NCBI GenBank assembly: GCA_030141605.1 | Contig: JAQGDQ010000055.1 | Span: 620,001-684,000 of the forward strand | Length of the DNA stretch: 64,000 bases | Reading direction: 5' to 3' | Source of the DNA: Tubiluchus corallicola | Taxonomy: Eukaryota; Animalia; Priapulida | In this document: in pieces, positions 15,001-30,610 of the stretch | How the letters are laid out: each line of letters begins with the position of its first letter | Position numbering within the stretch: position 1 is the stretch's first letter | Position numbers and translations under genes: made by a program | Notes under the pieces: model-generated | Told to the model about the DNA's origin: nothing | Seen by the model: only the letters and a program-made list of their open reading frames with translations | Databases searched by the model: none

Positions 15001-18000
15001 ATGGTCATCTTGCAGCCACCCCTATTTATAAAACATTAATATTGTTATTAGTTAACTTAGTAGTGCTACTAGCAGCTTGCGAGAGAATGAAGCTAGTTTT
15101 AAACTTCAGCTATACATACATTCGTTATCATTAAACGTTTGAAACATCATGCAATCAGCATAATTTAACCAATTTATTAGTGTTTTTATTGCAGAGCAAA
15201 ATCAAGCAATACATTTGATCTTTGGGAGACACATGGCTTTTTATTTATGATTGTAAAATCTTTAAAACTGAATTCGGATTGGAGTTTGAAAGTTAAAAAT
15301 TCGATTTGATTCAAATTCAGTTTCTGATAATGAATGTTCGCGATTACACACTAGGACTATAGTGTTGAGTTAACTCTTAGCATCGTCATTGTCAAGAACT
15401 GCTGAGCGTAAAGTAAATTTTTTGTTTTATTTTAGACGGACTTTTTTACCAAATGGGAAGTTTATCACTGCTTGGCAGATCATGCGTGTGGGTGTTGCTA
15501 TATTGCATATGGTTATTGTACCAATCCATGCTTCTTTACTGTATAAAAATATTGGTCTGTGGATATTTGCCTACATCTTAGATCTCGTATCAGCTGCTGA
15601 CATGTACGCTGTACTTATTGCATGGTTTTTGGTGATATAAAAACATGTTATTGTTCTTACAATTTATTAACGCATTTTGTGACACATTGTTCATTTTAAG
15701 TGTGGTTCAACTAGGAAGACTAAACACTCACTAGACAGGTTTGATAAAACACTACTCCTAGTAGTCTATGCAAAATTCATTTCCCTGGACATGAAGTATG
15801 GTTAGCAAAAATATTAAAATAATCAAAGAGACTAATATTATATACAGTTTGAAAGTGTTGCTACAATGATATGGTTTTTTGTCATGTAATTATGCTACAT
15901 TGCCTGGCTAGAAAACTGTAAAAAAATTTCATTGTTGTGTTGGTATTAAGTTGAGCCCCAACTAAGCTGTTTTTATTGACTAACCTTACTTCTCAGTAGT
16001 AACATCTAATAGTGACAGCCTTCTGCAAATGCTCTCGTATTTGATTTGAGCTAATTTAAACAAGTTTAGACAAAATTAGTCTAGACAAAAGTTAGCCTTT
16101 AGACAAAATCATACACTCCTATCTCGGTTTGCCGAATAAAAGGGAGACATCGGCCCGAATTTGCCGATTGTCCATATTTACCGATATTAAGCTGATGCAG
16201 TAAACTCCGTGTATCAGACTTACTGTAATATAGAATCAATCGCCTAATTGTCTCAAAAAAGCCTAGTACGGGTCATTCCTATGCAAAGGTATTATAAAAG
16301 TGACTCAAATATCTCCACATAATTGATTCATTATACATATTTTTATACATAGAGATATGTACTGATGTAATGATGTAAACAAAGTGACGGCCCAGTAGTA
16401 TGTGGAACTTTTAACGGTCCAGATTTTGTCCGATTCTTCCGATATCCGTAAAAGCGAGGTCCGGTTTACCGAGATATGATGTATAAACATATCAGCATTA
16501 AATAGGTTGTGTGATGTTAAAACACTGTGATTTTATAATCATTATGAAGTGATGTTATTTCTAATATCATTAGTCTTGGACACAGTAGTGTAAGCTGCTA
16601 GTTACAATGTTTTCATGGCAACTGGTTTCTTGATACTTTATTTGTTTTTTTACTCCAGTTATGTGAAGTTGCATACGTGTTACTATAATAGTCAAGGTCG
16701 TTTGGTCTCTCATCCATTGGCAACAGCGAAGAATTACCTTAGGACAAACTTTATGATGGACTTTTTTTCTACTCTGCCGATAGAGTTTATCGCTTTCGGA
16801 CTGCACCCTGAAACAGACGCAAATGGCGCTCATGTGCTGACATTGTTCCGAATGAATCGCCTGCTGCATTTTTACCAGATTCCTCTGGCATTCAGTTTTT
16901 TGGAATCAGGTGTGGGATTTGACACTGTGCGTGTAAGGTAAATCGCATTCCATTGTTTCTGCTATTGCAGTGTCTGTCGTTGTCTCTTACTACTTGACTG
17001 TTTGCAATGATAATTCACTTACTTTTTCAGAGAAGTGAAGTACACGTTTCTATCGGTAATATTCATCAATCTGTTTACCTGCCTGTTCTTCAATCTCGCC
17101 TGTCCTCCCAATCCTGAAATATTTGCAGGCCACTCTGAGCATGAGGGTGAAATAGAGAACGTGTGTGGAGAAAACTCGTGGCTTAGTGCCATTAAATTTA
17201 CTAATGCTAATGAGAACGAAAATGTCCGTTACGTGGTCAGTCTTTACTGGGCCAGCGCTACGGCCATTAGTGTTGGCTATGGAGACATAACGCCTCAGAA
17301 CATGGCCGAAATCGCAGTCAGCATTCCCCTGATTGTGGGTGGTGTGGTGTTTTTCGGTTACATCATTGCCAAGATTGCTGCAAGCATGGCTAATGCTGAT
17401 GCACACAGAACGAATTTTCATAAAGATATGACAATCTTGCGCAAATATTGTGCGGTAAGCTAGTTGTTTATGTACATACATTTGTAAGTGCTAAATAATC
17501 TGCATGTTTAATGTCAACGGAGTTCATGTTTTTGTCCAGTTTAAGAACTTTCTATGTAGAAAACTTTGCTTTTCATGAAGATAAAGATAATGGATTTCCA
17601 TTATAATGCCGAAGAAAAACTAGTGTATGAAATCTTGGGCTTGTCAACGTGGATTATTTATTGAAGGTTTCACTAGAAATGAACTGAATGAGATGCCATC
17701 ATATTTACTAAGTAACCAATTTAAAATTGTATATGTTGATTATTGTTTTGATTTGGTTTAAACATAATTTTATTAAAGATGTAGTATTAAACTATGTTTG
17801 AAACTGACAGTTTTACTATTGATATATGTTCTCCCCTAGTTGGATTATTGTTAGGTATATATACCTATTGTTACTCATAATCTATTTTATTTTTTCTATT
17901 TTATTACGGAAACACCAAATAACAATATAATGTAGCATAACCCATTGTGATGACATTGTATACATAGGATTATATAATTACATTAATTTTGTAATAATAT

Positions 18001-21000
18001 CGACATGATATCTATATAAACTGTTGCTTGCATTATAGTCAGAATCATTAGAGCCACATTGAGAACCATGTAGACCCACATCTGTATTTACTTATCTCTA
18101 TTATGCATCAATTTGCGAAATAAATATACAGTAGGTGCCGCTTAATAGACTCACTTTGGGGACGGATGTGTTTTGACCCAATTAATCGACTGAATCAATT
18201 ATCCGATAGAAGTAGAAGCATAGAAGCATGAATCATCAGCTTAGTATGCACTGCAAAGGTTGTACCTGCATCTGTACCATTACTGTGCCTGCATGATGCC
18301 TGTATCCTTGACTGTTAACTGATGAAAGCGTGAAAGTGTGATCTTCAACCAGAGCTTCAATAGGAAACCATTAGACAAGTGATTAAATGTTTAGCTTCCA
18401 GAAATTCTTTGGTAACAGGTTAACTGCAGTGGACGAGCATGTAACAAATTCAAGCAAACCACTAGGCTAGCATATTAGCGTATATAATGTACCTGCTTAC
18501 AAACAAAACAGTATTTGACTTGATTGTTTCTACGTATATTATAGAGCACAAAAGCGAACTAAGATGATATAAAAGTAGCAAAAGCTCATTGGTCACAAAC
18601 AAGTGTCCAAATGCATGAGTCTTATTTAAGTGCTTGAAGTAGAAATGTTGAGTCAATTATGCAGAATTTTTTGAGTCAGTTGCAGACAGTTTTTATGTAT
18701 ATACGAATAGGAGCAGCCCATTTTAGGTGCTTTTAGGTCAATTAAGCAACCAATTCTATTTACTCTGAGTCTATAAATGGCGTGTACTGTATACATAAAA
18801 ACGATGTGACATTAGAAAGTGAGTTGTGTTTAATTCACATTAATTTTTACTTATGCTTTAATAATTACTTATCAATTGTGTCTTACTCTCAGTTAATTGT
18901 AGAATTGTTTCAACTGTGCTGAGTAAGTATATGAGTGGGTGAATTATTGCCTTGTGGTAACAGTTACTGCTTTGATATAAGTGGTGAAATTGCCCTATGG
19001 TAACAGTTACTGCTTTGATATAAGTGGTGAAATTGCCCTATGGTAACAGTTACTACATTTTCTATACTATTATGAACACGACCATTGGAAACTCATAAGA
19101 ACCATTCACTAATGAAGGGTTACATGTATCGTCTTGTCTTCTTTTTAACTTTTGTGTTTTTATCTAAGCTTTAATATAATTCTTAATTTATGTTAGCACA
19201 GTGAACATTAAACTTGAATAGTAGTTGTTTGCACAGAGAGATGTTTAATTTATTCTTTGTAGATCAAAGTTCTTAAAAAAATATTGGTGGTTTTTAAGAA
19301 TAGAATATTTCTATTTTGGGATAATTTAAAGAAAAACAGTATTCATTTACTGATTAAAATATAATTATATGCCGGATTAATTGGCACATTTTTAGCAATA
19401 TCTTTTGTGCCGTAGCTTATTGCACAAGATTTATTTCTTGTTTAGGCGACAGATCTCCCAGATGAGCTGACAGATCGTGCAGTTGGTCATTTTGAATTCG
19501 TGTGGTGTCGTACTAATGGCATAACACCGAAGAAGATGTTCAACTTCCTTCCACCTTCATTGCTAGGAGACGTGTCGCTTGCACTCTACAACAATGTGAT
19601 CAATGAGGTTTATCTGAATTTGTTACATAATGGTTTATTTATAACTTGAAAAGCTTGCTTCATGTTTAGGTTTGCAGACTACCAGACAATCAGCAAGCAA
19701 CAAAGAAGATAGGAACTCTAATTGAGTGACTAAAAATCCTGAACACATTTATGTTTTTATTAAAATGTTTGACCACTTAAACATGTCAACTTGTCGACGA
19801 GATCTATAGAAGTTGCTGCCTGACTGAATCAAAAGACATAGTGAAGTTGATAAGTGTTTTTGTTGTAGATATTGACTACTGAGTCTGCTATTATGTGTAA
19901 TTTTTTTATAAACCTATTTTTTATTTAATATTATGAAGCCTGAGGTAAGCAGTCTAACTAAGCTGATTTGAACCCCAGGCTTACACATACATGGGAAATT
20001 ACAAAAAAAAACATACAGATATAGACAAGCAATAAAGCATAGGAGACATTACGGTATAATAAAAAATAATACATTACACTCTGTAAGCTCACTAATTTCT
20101 AAAATAACTTTAAAGTACTGAATATCAAAAATGATTAATTTCTACGGTGAAATCTATTGGTCTCCTTAATATATCTCTACACTAATTGAAATATGTGTAC
20201 ATTTAGATCGTGGCTTAGTTGCGAATTACGAGATAGAAGAATTGATATTTTATCCTGTGAATTGAGGTTATCGAAATTAACAGCTATGCTATTAGAAGTA
20301 AATAAATCATTAAATCATTGAGTTTTTGATGGAGTTGGCTTCTACTTGCAATAAACAAAGGGCAATCAAGCAGAAAATGGTGAACATTTTCAGTATGATA
20401 TCCACAAAAACAATTTTTACTAACAGTATTTCCAGTAGAATCCTTACAACCATGGCTGTGTAGATGATCATTAAGTTGTGAGAAACCACAAATCTTAACC
20501 TGGTGTGGTGAATTACGATTGGAATATTTCCATATGCAAAATATTTTGGTCGATCAAAAAAAAACCAATGTATTATTACTTTAGCCATGAACATACTAAT
20601 CGATGTAGTACATTTAATATTAGACGGTAAGTTATTCCACTTAGCAAAAGTTGAAGGAAAAAATGAAATTCTTAAGTAATCATAATGCACTTGGTACAAA
20701 GAGAAATCATCTACATTTCTTAGTGAATAGTCAGAAATATCTCTGTTTCGAACAGGTAACAATTCATGCAAAAATAAAGATGATACTCTATTGACGATTT
20801 TATAAAACATAGTGAGTCTATGAAGTTTATGTCTGTTTGCTAGAAAATTGAAGTTGCTATCGAACATGAGATTATATGTATTAGATCCTTTCATAACCTT
20901 ACTGCAAATATGGGCAGCACGCTTCTGCACATTATCAGTTAAATCAGACAAAATCAAAGAAAGATTACAACATACACAATCAACATATTCAAGGATAGGC

Positions 21001-24000
21001 CTAATCATTGCTTTGTAAAGATGTTCCAGTACAGGACGTGGAACATAGCAAGAAGTTTTCTTTAGTAATTACATCAACACTTAATTCGGCTTTCTCAATG
21101 ATGAACTTGACATGAGCATTCCATTTTAAAATGGAATGCAAGTATAAACCTAAATGTTTATGAGTGTCTACCCAATCCAGTTGTCTATTATTAAGATGCA
21201 AACTGGGATAGGTAAGTAAATTAGATTTGTTACTAAATAACATGACTATGGATTTTACTGCGTTAAATGTAACATTCCACTGAAGTGCCCACAGTTCGAT
21301 AATTTTTAATTTATCATTTAATTTATGAATGCTGGCTGTTGGATCATGTACAATTTTGAGTAAAGTTATATCGTCTGCAAACAGACAAATATCACTTTTG
21401 ATGTGACATTTTAAATTGTCAATAAATATTAAGAATAAAATTGGCTGTAATGTGGAACCTTCTGGTACACCTGCATTAAAAGGAGCAAATTCAGATGACT
21501 AGCCATTGATTATAACTTTCTGTCGACGGCCTGATCAATAAGATTCAAATCGTTTCAGCAATGATCCTGTAATACCATACTGATTTAATTTAAAAATTAA
21601 TCCCCTATGCCAAACCTTATCAAAAGCTTTGGAAATATCTAGGAAGACAGTCAAGACATCACTACTATTATCTAAATTCTTGTATATTTTATGGGTAATA
21701 AATAACAGTTGATAAACAGTACCGTCATTTGGTTTAAAGCCGGAATTTTTACTAGTTAATACACAGGCAAGTAATTACACAAGGATCCATTGACATTTGT
21801 TGCCTGAAGTCGGTGAAGAAACTGTAGTATTTCACTTGAGCTTATACCAATACTTCTTGTAGCAGATTGATAGTAACTAGGCTTCAAAATTATGTGGCAG
21901 ATACTAGACTACTAAGTAACACTGGGGGATGGCTAGTGATCAACTTGTGAAAACAAGTAGTGTGTGTGTGTTGCGTACTACTAGTTACAAGCTTTGCTAT
22001 CTACAAGCAAGTTTTGGACCATCATGTTGAGCACAGGTATTTTTTTGCCTGGGTACTAAGCTTTTAAAAACACTTTATAAACATATGAATTCAGTGTTGT
22101 GTCATGAATGGAGATGTCATATATGACTGCTTTTCTGTTTGAAGGTTCCAGAATTCAAAGGTGTAGACCTGAGTTTTCGCAAACTGTTAGCCAAAACAAT
22201 GAAGCCACTGTATGTTATGAAAGGTGAATACATTATTCGTAAACACGATGTCGGTCTCGAGGTAAGTACGGTGTCACTGTGCATATCTCTAATGTAGTTA
22301 CTGCCTTGTCGAACAGTGAATAAGATTTAAAACATTTCATTTTTTGTCAAATATTATTTTTTATCTTACAGAAAGTTTGGCTCAAAATGTCTGTAATCCT
22401 AAAAGATTATAAGAATGCAAGATGTTAAAGTGTTATTCATCTAGCTGTAGATCATCATTAGTGAATAGCTGCTATGTCTACTGTAGACACAGGGTTCTCA
22501 TATAAAACAATTTACCAGGACACAAACTAAATTTTGAAAGATTTTTACAGCAGTTTATCCAATAGACGAGACACTTATGCTTGTCATCACTGCACTTTTC
22601 TACCTGAATAAAATTCTATATACTTATTGATTTTAAAAAATTTATCAGTGTATATTTAGCCTTACGTAGTGCTCGTGTTTCATTAAAAGCTTGTCAATGA
22701 GTTCAGAACTAACTGCTTATGTAACAGTCTTATAAGAACTTTTTGCAAATATGTATAGTTGTTTTTAGTGATCCAAAGTATTTCACAATTTTGTACTTTG
22801 TATATGTTTGGAAGAAGAAAATGAAAATCGGTGATTAGTCAGTCAGTCCGTGTTCCGTCCACGTACGTGGAGATTGGAGATCTTGTAATGCCATTCTACT
22901 CTATTTTTACTCTTACTGATGATGGTATTCCTTTTCGTAATTTTAGTCCTGTCATTGATATCATCTAGTCCTCCTGCTGTCTTCCTTTAGCTCTTCTCCC
23001 TTCAGTTTTTCCTTCCAGCAATCTCTGTATTGCCATGCCTTAAGCACGTCCACAATATTCTGTTGTCCTCCTCTTAATGAGATTCACCAGTTTTGTTTTC
23101 TCCTTTACAGTTCGTAAAACTTGATCACTCGTTCCAATCGTTCCTGTTTTCTTCTCCAACTGATGTTCAGAATGCTTCTATAATATCACATGTCAAAAGC
23201 TTCCAATCACTTTTTTGTGTCTGCATTTCCTGTCCACACCTTGACCCCATATAGGAAAACGACCTCACATAACCCACTGTCATGCTTTTCCTAGTGTTTA
23301 CACTAACATTCAGATTTTTCAGAGACATTCTTAAATTCATAAAATAACAAACATCGATTAATGTGCATTAGAAAGTATTATTGTTACTGTTCTAGAACAA
23401 GTGGCCCAGCGCCCACTACATTTCGACTTGATCCAAGGGATCATCGTAAACCAGATATTTTTCGTATTAAGCATGTTTCGTACTATCCATTGCGTACAAT
23501 TCCATTAACTTCTAATGTTATTTCTAATGTAAAACAGCAATTATAATGTGCCTGTAGCCTCTACATCAGTTATGTTTAAAGGAAAACCGGATGATTGTGC
23601 AAACATTAGTTCAGAATAAAGAATGCTCTAAAATATTGAAAACTACAATAACTTTTTGTAAATTAAAGCTTAGATTAAATAATAATTACCTTGGATACTG
23701 TTCGTTAAACTTTCAAAGCTATGCACAGTTCAGTGAATCTACTAAGATTGGCAGCGGCGCCTTTTTGTCACATTTGCATGGCCAACAAATAGAATACCGT
23801 GATAAGCATGATCATGAACTGCCGTGTTAGTTTCTGACGTCATATGATGTAGAGCCCATTTTTTGTGACATGCATTTAAACAGTACTGTAACACTTATGC
23901 AAATGTGCTTGATGTGCAAGGGAAGACGCCTGCCATTGCACAAACTGTAGTTAGTTTCTGACGTAAGCAACAGCTGTGTTCCGTTGCCATTAATTAACTT

Positions 24001-27000
24001 TCTAAGCTAATTATTCAGATATAAGGAACAATTGTTAACTTTTATAGGCAAGAAAATGTGTGTTTTGGACAATTGAGTCTAAACAATCGTCTGGTCTTTC
24101 TTCAATCAGTGAAAGAAACTTGAGCTTGTTTAACCTATACAGTACATACAAACCTTATGTTATGAGTGGAATGAGTTGTAAAAGCAATCGATAAGCTATG
24201 AGCTATGGTCATGGCTGAAGGGTGTCTAGACGGGGGGGGGGGGGGCCAGAAGAAATCGTATTACAAGTGACTTTTTATATTGAACCCATATTGGCAAGGC
24301 TTTGAGAAATCATCGTACTACTGAGAGTTTCGTTATAAGTGGAATCGTATTACCGAGATTCGAGTGTACTTGGTTTTTGCGTGTTAGTAGACTGCGTTAA
24401 AAACAATTAATTGAATAAAAAAACTTGCATAAGGATCCTGCATGAAGCTACCATCTCTAACATTAATGTCTTACTTAGTTTCTTGTGTTTCTTCTGTAGA
24501 TGTTTTTCATTTATGATGGCGTGGCATCGGTCTACGATGAAGATACCGGCGAACGCTACTCTACTATGGGTGTAGGAGATTTTTTTGGAGAGATTGCCGT
24601 TCTTCACAGAGCTCCCAGGAATGCTACTGTCATGTATGTTAGTTTGGTTACTGAAAGAACATGGATCTTAGTGTCTTCCTGTACAGTTCTCATTTCCATG
24701 GAGCTCAGACTTCTTAACACATCCATTTATGCTTTCTGATTACTTACATTTTATATGATACACTGACTGTAACCCAGGTTTCAGTACAGAGCACATGGCT
24801 TGATTTCTGTAGATGATTGTGGTAGGACCAGAACTTTGCCCATTATCAAAGATAATATAAGATATGACACTATAAACCATTACAACCCACATTTGGATAT
24901 GTAAGCATCCACCTTCAGGGAGAGACAGATGTGAACCATCCTTAGATGGTATGAGAGATGAAACTATTCAGCAGTTATTCCAGCAGTCACCCATTCGCTT
25001 ACTGGCCAGGTCAGCAATAAACCAGGTTCAGTATGTGGTTGACAATGGACTTCTGTTCATTTTTGTGAGATTTCCTTTGCGCCTTTCAAGAGTACAAGTT
25101 TATTGCAGTTGTTTTTGAGAAAATATCTTTTAATGGGAAATGCTGCTGTGCAATAGATTACTCAGACCGTGACCATGCAATCAGAAAATTGGATCTTTGA
25201 AAAAAATCTGTGCATTGTCACCTCTATTTGAAATTTTGCAAAAGTTTTGAAACAAATGATGCATTTTGTTTCAATTGTTTAATGTGTAAGCTAACTTTGA
25301 CTAAATGTCTGTTTTTTGCCACATTTTTATAAACATATTTATTTGAAATAATTGCTTTTGACAAACAGCAAGTGAATGCTAATCTGGTTGCCTCGGGCTG
25401 CTATATTTACAGGATGCAGTTTGGTAGGAAAAAAAGTCTATCACAAAATATACATAACTATTCCAATTGTTAATTAAAATAAGTAAAACGTTTAGATAAA
25501 GTAATATATTACTGTACCAGATCAAGTACAATGATGTTCTGTTACGGACTACCTGAAAGAAAAACTGAAATTTTTAATTGTGGTCAAGATTTATTTATCC
25601 TAAGAAGTAATGTGTTTGTTTGGTATAGGTTTGTTAATCGCTCTTCGAATTCCTCCCTACAAACAACGTGCAAAGGATAATTAGGCAATAATGCTTACTG
25701 CATATTTCAAAATTTGAAAAATGTTGCAATGTTTGTAATACTGTATCGTGATGTTGGATGGAAAAGTTGTTGAGGAAAGTGTGGGTGACTATTTGTCTGA
25801 ACTGACCGACCTGCTAATCAACTAATACGTTGTAATTAATAATTTAGTGCAGATACGAACTGTGATTTGTTTGTCTTGCACAAGGACAATCTGGACCGAG
25901 TCATGTCACGGTTTCCCGAAGTTCGCAAAAAAGTGTTCAAAACGGCTGATGTGAGGAGTGACTTTCAGAAAAAGAGAGAGCCAGGATGTCTCGTTCAGTC
26001 TGGTGTTCAGGTAATAGTGATCACATTGCAGTAATAGCATGTTTCGCTCAGTCAAGTGTTCAGGTAGTAGTGATCACATTGCAGCAGCTGCTCAGTCAAG
26101 TGTTCAGGTAATAATGATCACATTGCAGCAATCGCTCAGTCAAGTGTTCAGGTAATAGTGATCACATTGCAATAATAGCATGTCTCACTCAGTCAAGTGT
26201 TCAGGTAATAGTGATCACATTGCAGTAATAGCATGTCTCACTCAGTCAAGTGTTCAGGTAATAGTGACCACATTGCAGTAATAGCATGTCTCACGCAGGT
26301 AATAGTGATCACATTGCAGCAGCTGCTCAGTCAAGTGTTCAGGTAATAGTGATCACATTGCAGTAATAGCATGTCTCACGCAGGTAATAGTGACCACATT
26401 GCAGTAATAGGGTGCCTCGCTCGGGTAATAGTGATCACTCTGCAGCAGCTGCTCAGTCAAGTGTTCAGGTAATAGTGATCACATTGCAGTAATAGCATGT
26501 CTCACGCAGGTAATAGTGACCACATTGCAGTAATAGCGTGCCTCGCTCAGGTAATAGTGATCACACAGCAGCAGCTGCTCAGTCAAGTGTCCAGGTTCAG
26601 GTAATAGTGATCACGTTGCCAGAATGTGAGTGGAATGACATGCAATATGTGTAACATGTGAGTATTGAGTAATTTTAAAAAAACTTGTACAAACAGGGTT
26701 GTACATAAAGTAACACATATATTGGTCAGCAAGAATTAACAATGCATTTCAGTCTCCATGTAATCATATCAGCTGTAGTAAACACTAAATACCTAAACAC
26801 AGTTTTGATACTGAATAACAGTACGATATTAATCTGATAGTACAGTTAGAACTCGTAACAATTTTGAAAAGTTTTGTCACTGACTAGTATCGAGGTTAGT
26901 GACTTGAAATTTACGTCAGTGAACCATCTTCCTTCTTAAATGAACAGTCTGTGGACAGTTTGCTAAAAACATGTTCTTCAGTTTGTATCGCGTATCTAGC

Positions 27001-30000
27001 CTGTTTTCACATGAAGGCACATTTGTCTGCCTGTTTCAATTTCTAAATGATATGACTGCAAATGCACGCATGTAGAGGTTTTTTGTTGCATCCAAAGTTT
27101 CTTCTGATATTATAGGTAATTTTAGTATTGAACTGACTAGTATTCTTAGCATTCTTGCTGAATTAATTATGTTAAGTCTTTCAGCATTTATCAGGATACC
27201 AACAAACATGGAGTACGAATTATTCGTGTTTATTGTCTACGAGCACTTATTTGTTTATGAATAATAGCTGGCTTACAAAAATATTTAACCAATAATAGTA
27301 AATGGTTTATTATTTTAATTTTTTCTGTGCTTTTTATTGTTCAATTTTCAGCTTTGTTTACATTTTTAACGGTTTTTTCTTATGCATCACATTGTAAGCA
27401 GAATTCATGAGTTTAAGGCTAAACAGGCAATTTTAAAAATTTTGCCTATTGGACTTTTCTGTCTTTTTCATAGTGTGATAGAAGAGTTTTTCATATCTTG
27501 CCAACTTGTTGGTTTCATTTAGGCAAACTTGAAGGGATATTTAGTGGCAGTTTTATTAATTAAAATGAAATTAAAAATTGAAATATAAGTTTTTTTTCAT
27601 TTGATAAGTTCATATTAATAGAGATTTTGTCAAATCACCGAATAGGCAAAGTACAGACGTAACTTTCTTAAGTCCAGGAAATTGTCTTACAGTAACAATA
27701 TCTAATTTAGGTCACCTGTTTTAGTAATTGATTGTGTTAGTTGATTAATCAATCGTTTTATTTTGCACTGAAGTGATTGTAGTCTGACAGTTACAATAAA
27801 TTTTGTGATTTCAGATACCAACAAAGTTAGTGGGTATACCTAGAAGAGGTAAGATTTATTATGTTAATGTAAAATGATTTTTTTATAACATTTGTAACTT
27901 TTTTTGAAATCGTCAAACACAAATTCCTTTTATATATATAGGTAAACGTAATAATGTATGTAATTTACATACATATATTAAGAGAATTTTTATCCTGAAT
28001 TGGATAGACATTATGCAAATACATTTTCTATGTGAGATGAAGTTAAATTTCAAGAAAAAAATGTGAGTTATTTAAACTTGGCCATTATGGCACGAGTCTG
28101 CAACAACTTGGTCATTATGGCACGAGTCTGCAACAACTTGGTCATTATGGCACTAGTCTGCAACAACTTGGTCTTGTTTCATGTCTCGTGAAAAATGACA
28201 TTTCTCGTCTCTTCTTGAAGGCTGAGAAACAGTTGGCCAAGAAATGAGAAATGGAGATGGCAGCAAAAGTTCTTGGTTTGCAAAAGTTTTCCTTTAACAT
28301 GGGACGTCTTGGTTCCGAATAGATGCCATGTTAGTTGTCTGCAAGAATATTGTAGTTTATAGATGAGTTTATTTAACAGTATTAAAATCACCATATGCTG
28401 AAAGTGCTGAATAAATACAAAATATTTTGTTTGAAAGTTATTAAGATTATAGTTGCTTGTTTCTTTGTCTTGACCCGATTCCCGCAATGCAGCACGTGAA
28501 TTTTTAACTTTGTGGTATGGAGGTTAACACAAGTGCTTGATGTTGAGGATTATCCATTCAAATTTCGGTGTAATTTTTTATTTGGTTAAGTGATTACAGT
28601 GAAACATGCTTACATGTATGTATGCTTTCTGCATAGTTAGTATTGACAGTAGTCGATTGTTTCAGTGACTTTCCATCGTCCGACAACTACAGTTCCAGGC
28701 TCAGATGACACAATTGGTTTTTTCCACATAGTGCTTGACCCGGAGTTTTGGTTCGTCCGTGTTGTAAACATGACATCTGCATGTGCAATGGTTGTTAGCT
28801 TTGTTTATACTACTTATCAGGTAACTAACGCAGATCATATCTTTTAATGTTGATGGTTACTTGATGACATGCTTCAGGTTTTACTATGTTACGGCAATGT
28901 GGAATACCCGCATTGCACTTAGCTGTGACTAGAGTCAGAATTTTTCTTCTACTAAAATTGTGATTTTGGCATAGCTTGAATAATGATGTTGGGAATTTGA
29001 GAATTACAAAACTGAAGTTTATACTAAACTGATTCTGAGGTAATCATGTGGTTGATTCACCGGTTTCAGTCAATTTTTGTTGAACTAATTCACATTAGAA
29101 CTTTATGGTTGTCCTCGTGTTAGACACAATGTGATATTAAACACACACATTGGAAGTGATAACTAAACGAATTAATATATAATAATCATTTATTCGCGAC
29201 AGAGGCAATCTCTCTGCCACAACAATAAATCTTATAAAGATCTTGTGTCATTTACAGATAAACCGACTCTAATTATTTCGCTAGCACACTTCTGAACTTG
29301 ATTAAATTTAATGATTTTGGACACTGCCATGGTCACCGTACCGCCACTATCTCAGCTTTAGATATAAAACATATCTAAAGGTCATAGATTAAAACAATGA
29401 AATCGGTTTCGGTTACAGTTACAAACGTGTTATTTTTTCTGGAGCAACAGATGTTATAAATAAATACCAACATTGTTACAATGTGCAAAAGACTGCAGAT
29501 AATAAGTGGAATCTGAAACAAGTGAAAGTCCTTCAAGGTTGCTAAATCAGTTGTCATGATGTAGCTGTGAACTGGTAGACTTTACTTTTTGATAGCAGAT
29601 GATCTCAGTTACAGACAGGAACAGTAAAATGTGGCAGATGATTATCTATGCAGTTCATTAAGCTTTTCAGAGTTTTTTGTTTTGTTTCAATTTTTATAAA
29701 ACTTTCTTGTAAATCAATAATTTTTCTTTCTAGGCAGCTTTCCAGGATCATAATGTGCTACTCTATCTTATTAACTACCTGTGCGAAGCAGTCATCATGT
29801 TTAAGGTAAAGTCTGTAAAGGAGATTGAAAATCATTTAGTTGATTTGTTTTTTTGCCATATCGATTTCCTGAAACTGACTGTTAAAGTTGGGGTTCATGT
29901 CTGTCCAGTGTTCCACAATTGGTCTTTCTCTCATATTTCAGCAATGAATGAAAGGATCGACGCAGAACTCGGATGAATGACTCTTTGGGACTTGCCACAG

Positions 30001-30579
30001 AAACTCTTACAATAAAATCCACAGTTTTCAAAAGCCTAAAACTCTGAAGTAATTCCTAACTAGTGTTTCTAATTCATTATACTGGATCTAGAAATGGATA
30101 AAGAAGAGATAATTGGCCCTAATCAGTGAAAGTTCATTAACAACCAATTAACCTTCAAAAGCATGAAATTTTGAAATTATTCATAGCTTTCTAATTATAC
30201 AGGATATTGATTGTCTGTGTGATTTTTGTCATTTGTCCATAAAGAGATCTATGTCTGCATTACTTGGCATTCTTCGTGTAGTGTGTCTCTAACTATCTTA
30301 AATGCACCGACAGAAATGCAAAACTTGCCCGCATGTACGGTGCGTGTGTGCAATAATCCAATGCTTAGCATTCTGAGGTAGTAAGAAGAGATAATTACTC
30401 TTAATGAACAAAAGTTCATTAAGACTTCTTAAATGCAATTAGTTTTCAAAGCGTGAAATTCTAAAGTGGCAAGATTTAATACAGTTCTGTTGCTGCTAAC
30501 ATAGTGTTTTGCTTGTTAAATTGGTAAATTGTTTAATTATCTATCTATCTATCCATCTATCTATCTATCTATCTATATA

Positions 30580-30610
<31 letters not shown>

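Noticed and set aside
16570-17481. Minus-strand ORFs of 99 and 143 aa
   Set aside because: They are antisense shadows of gene A exons
20310-21243. Independent host gene (232 aa and 80 aa ORFs)
   Set aside because: They are frameshifted fragments of a LINE ORF2
25986-26618. CRISPR-like repeat-spacer array
   Set aside because: The variable parts are variants of the same unit, not unique spacers, and no cas genes are present
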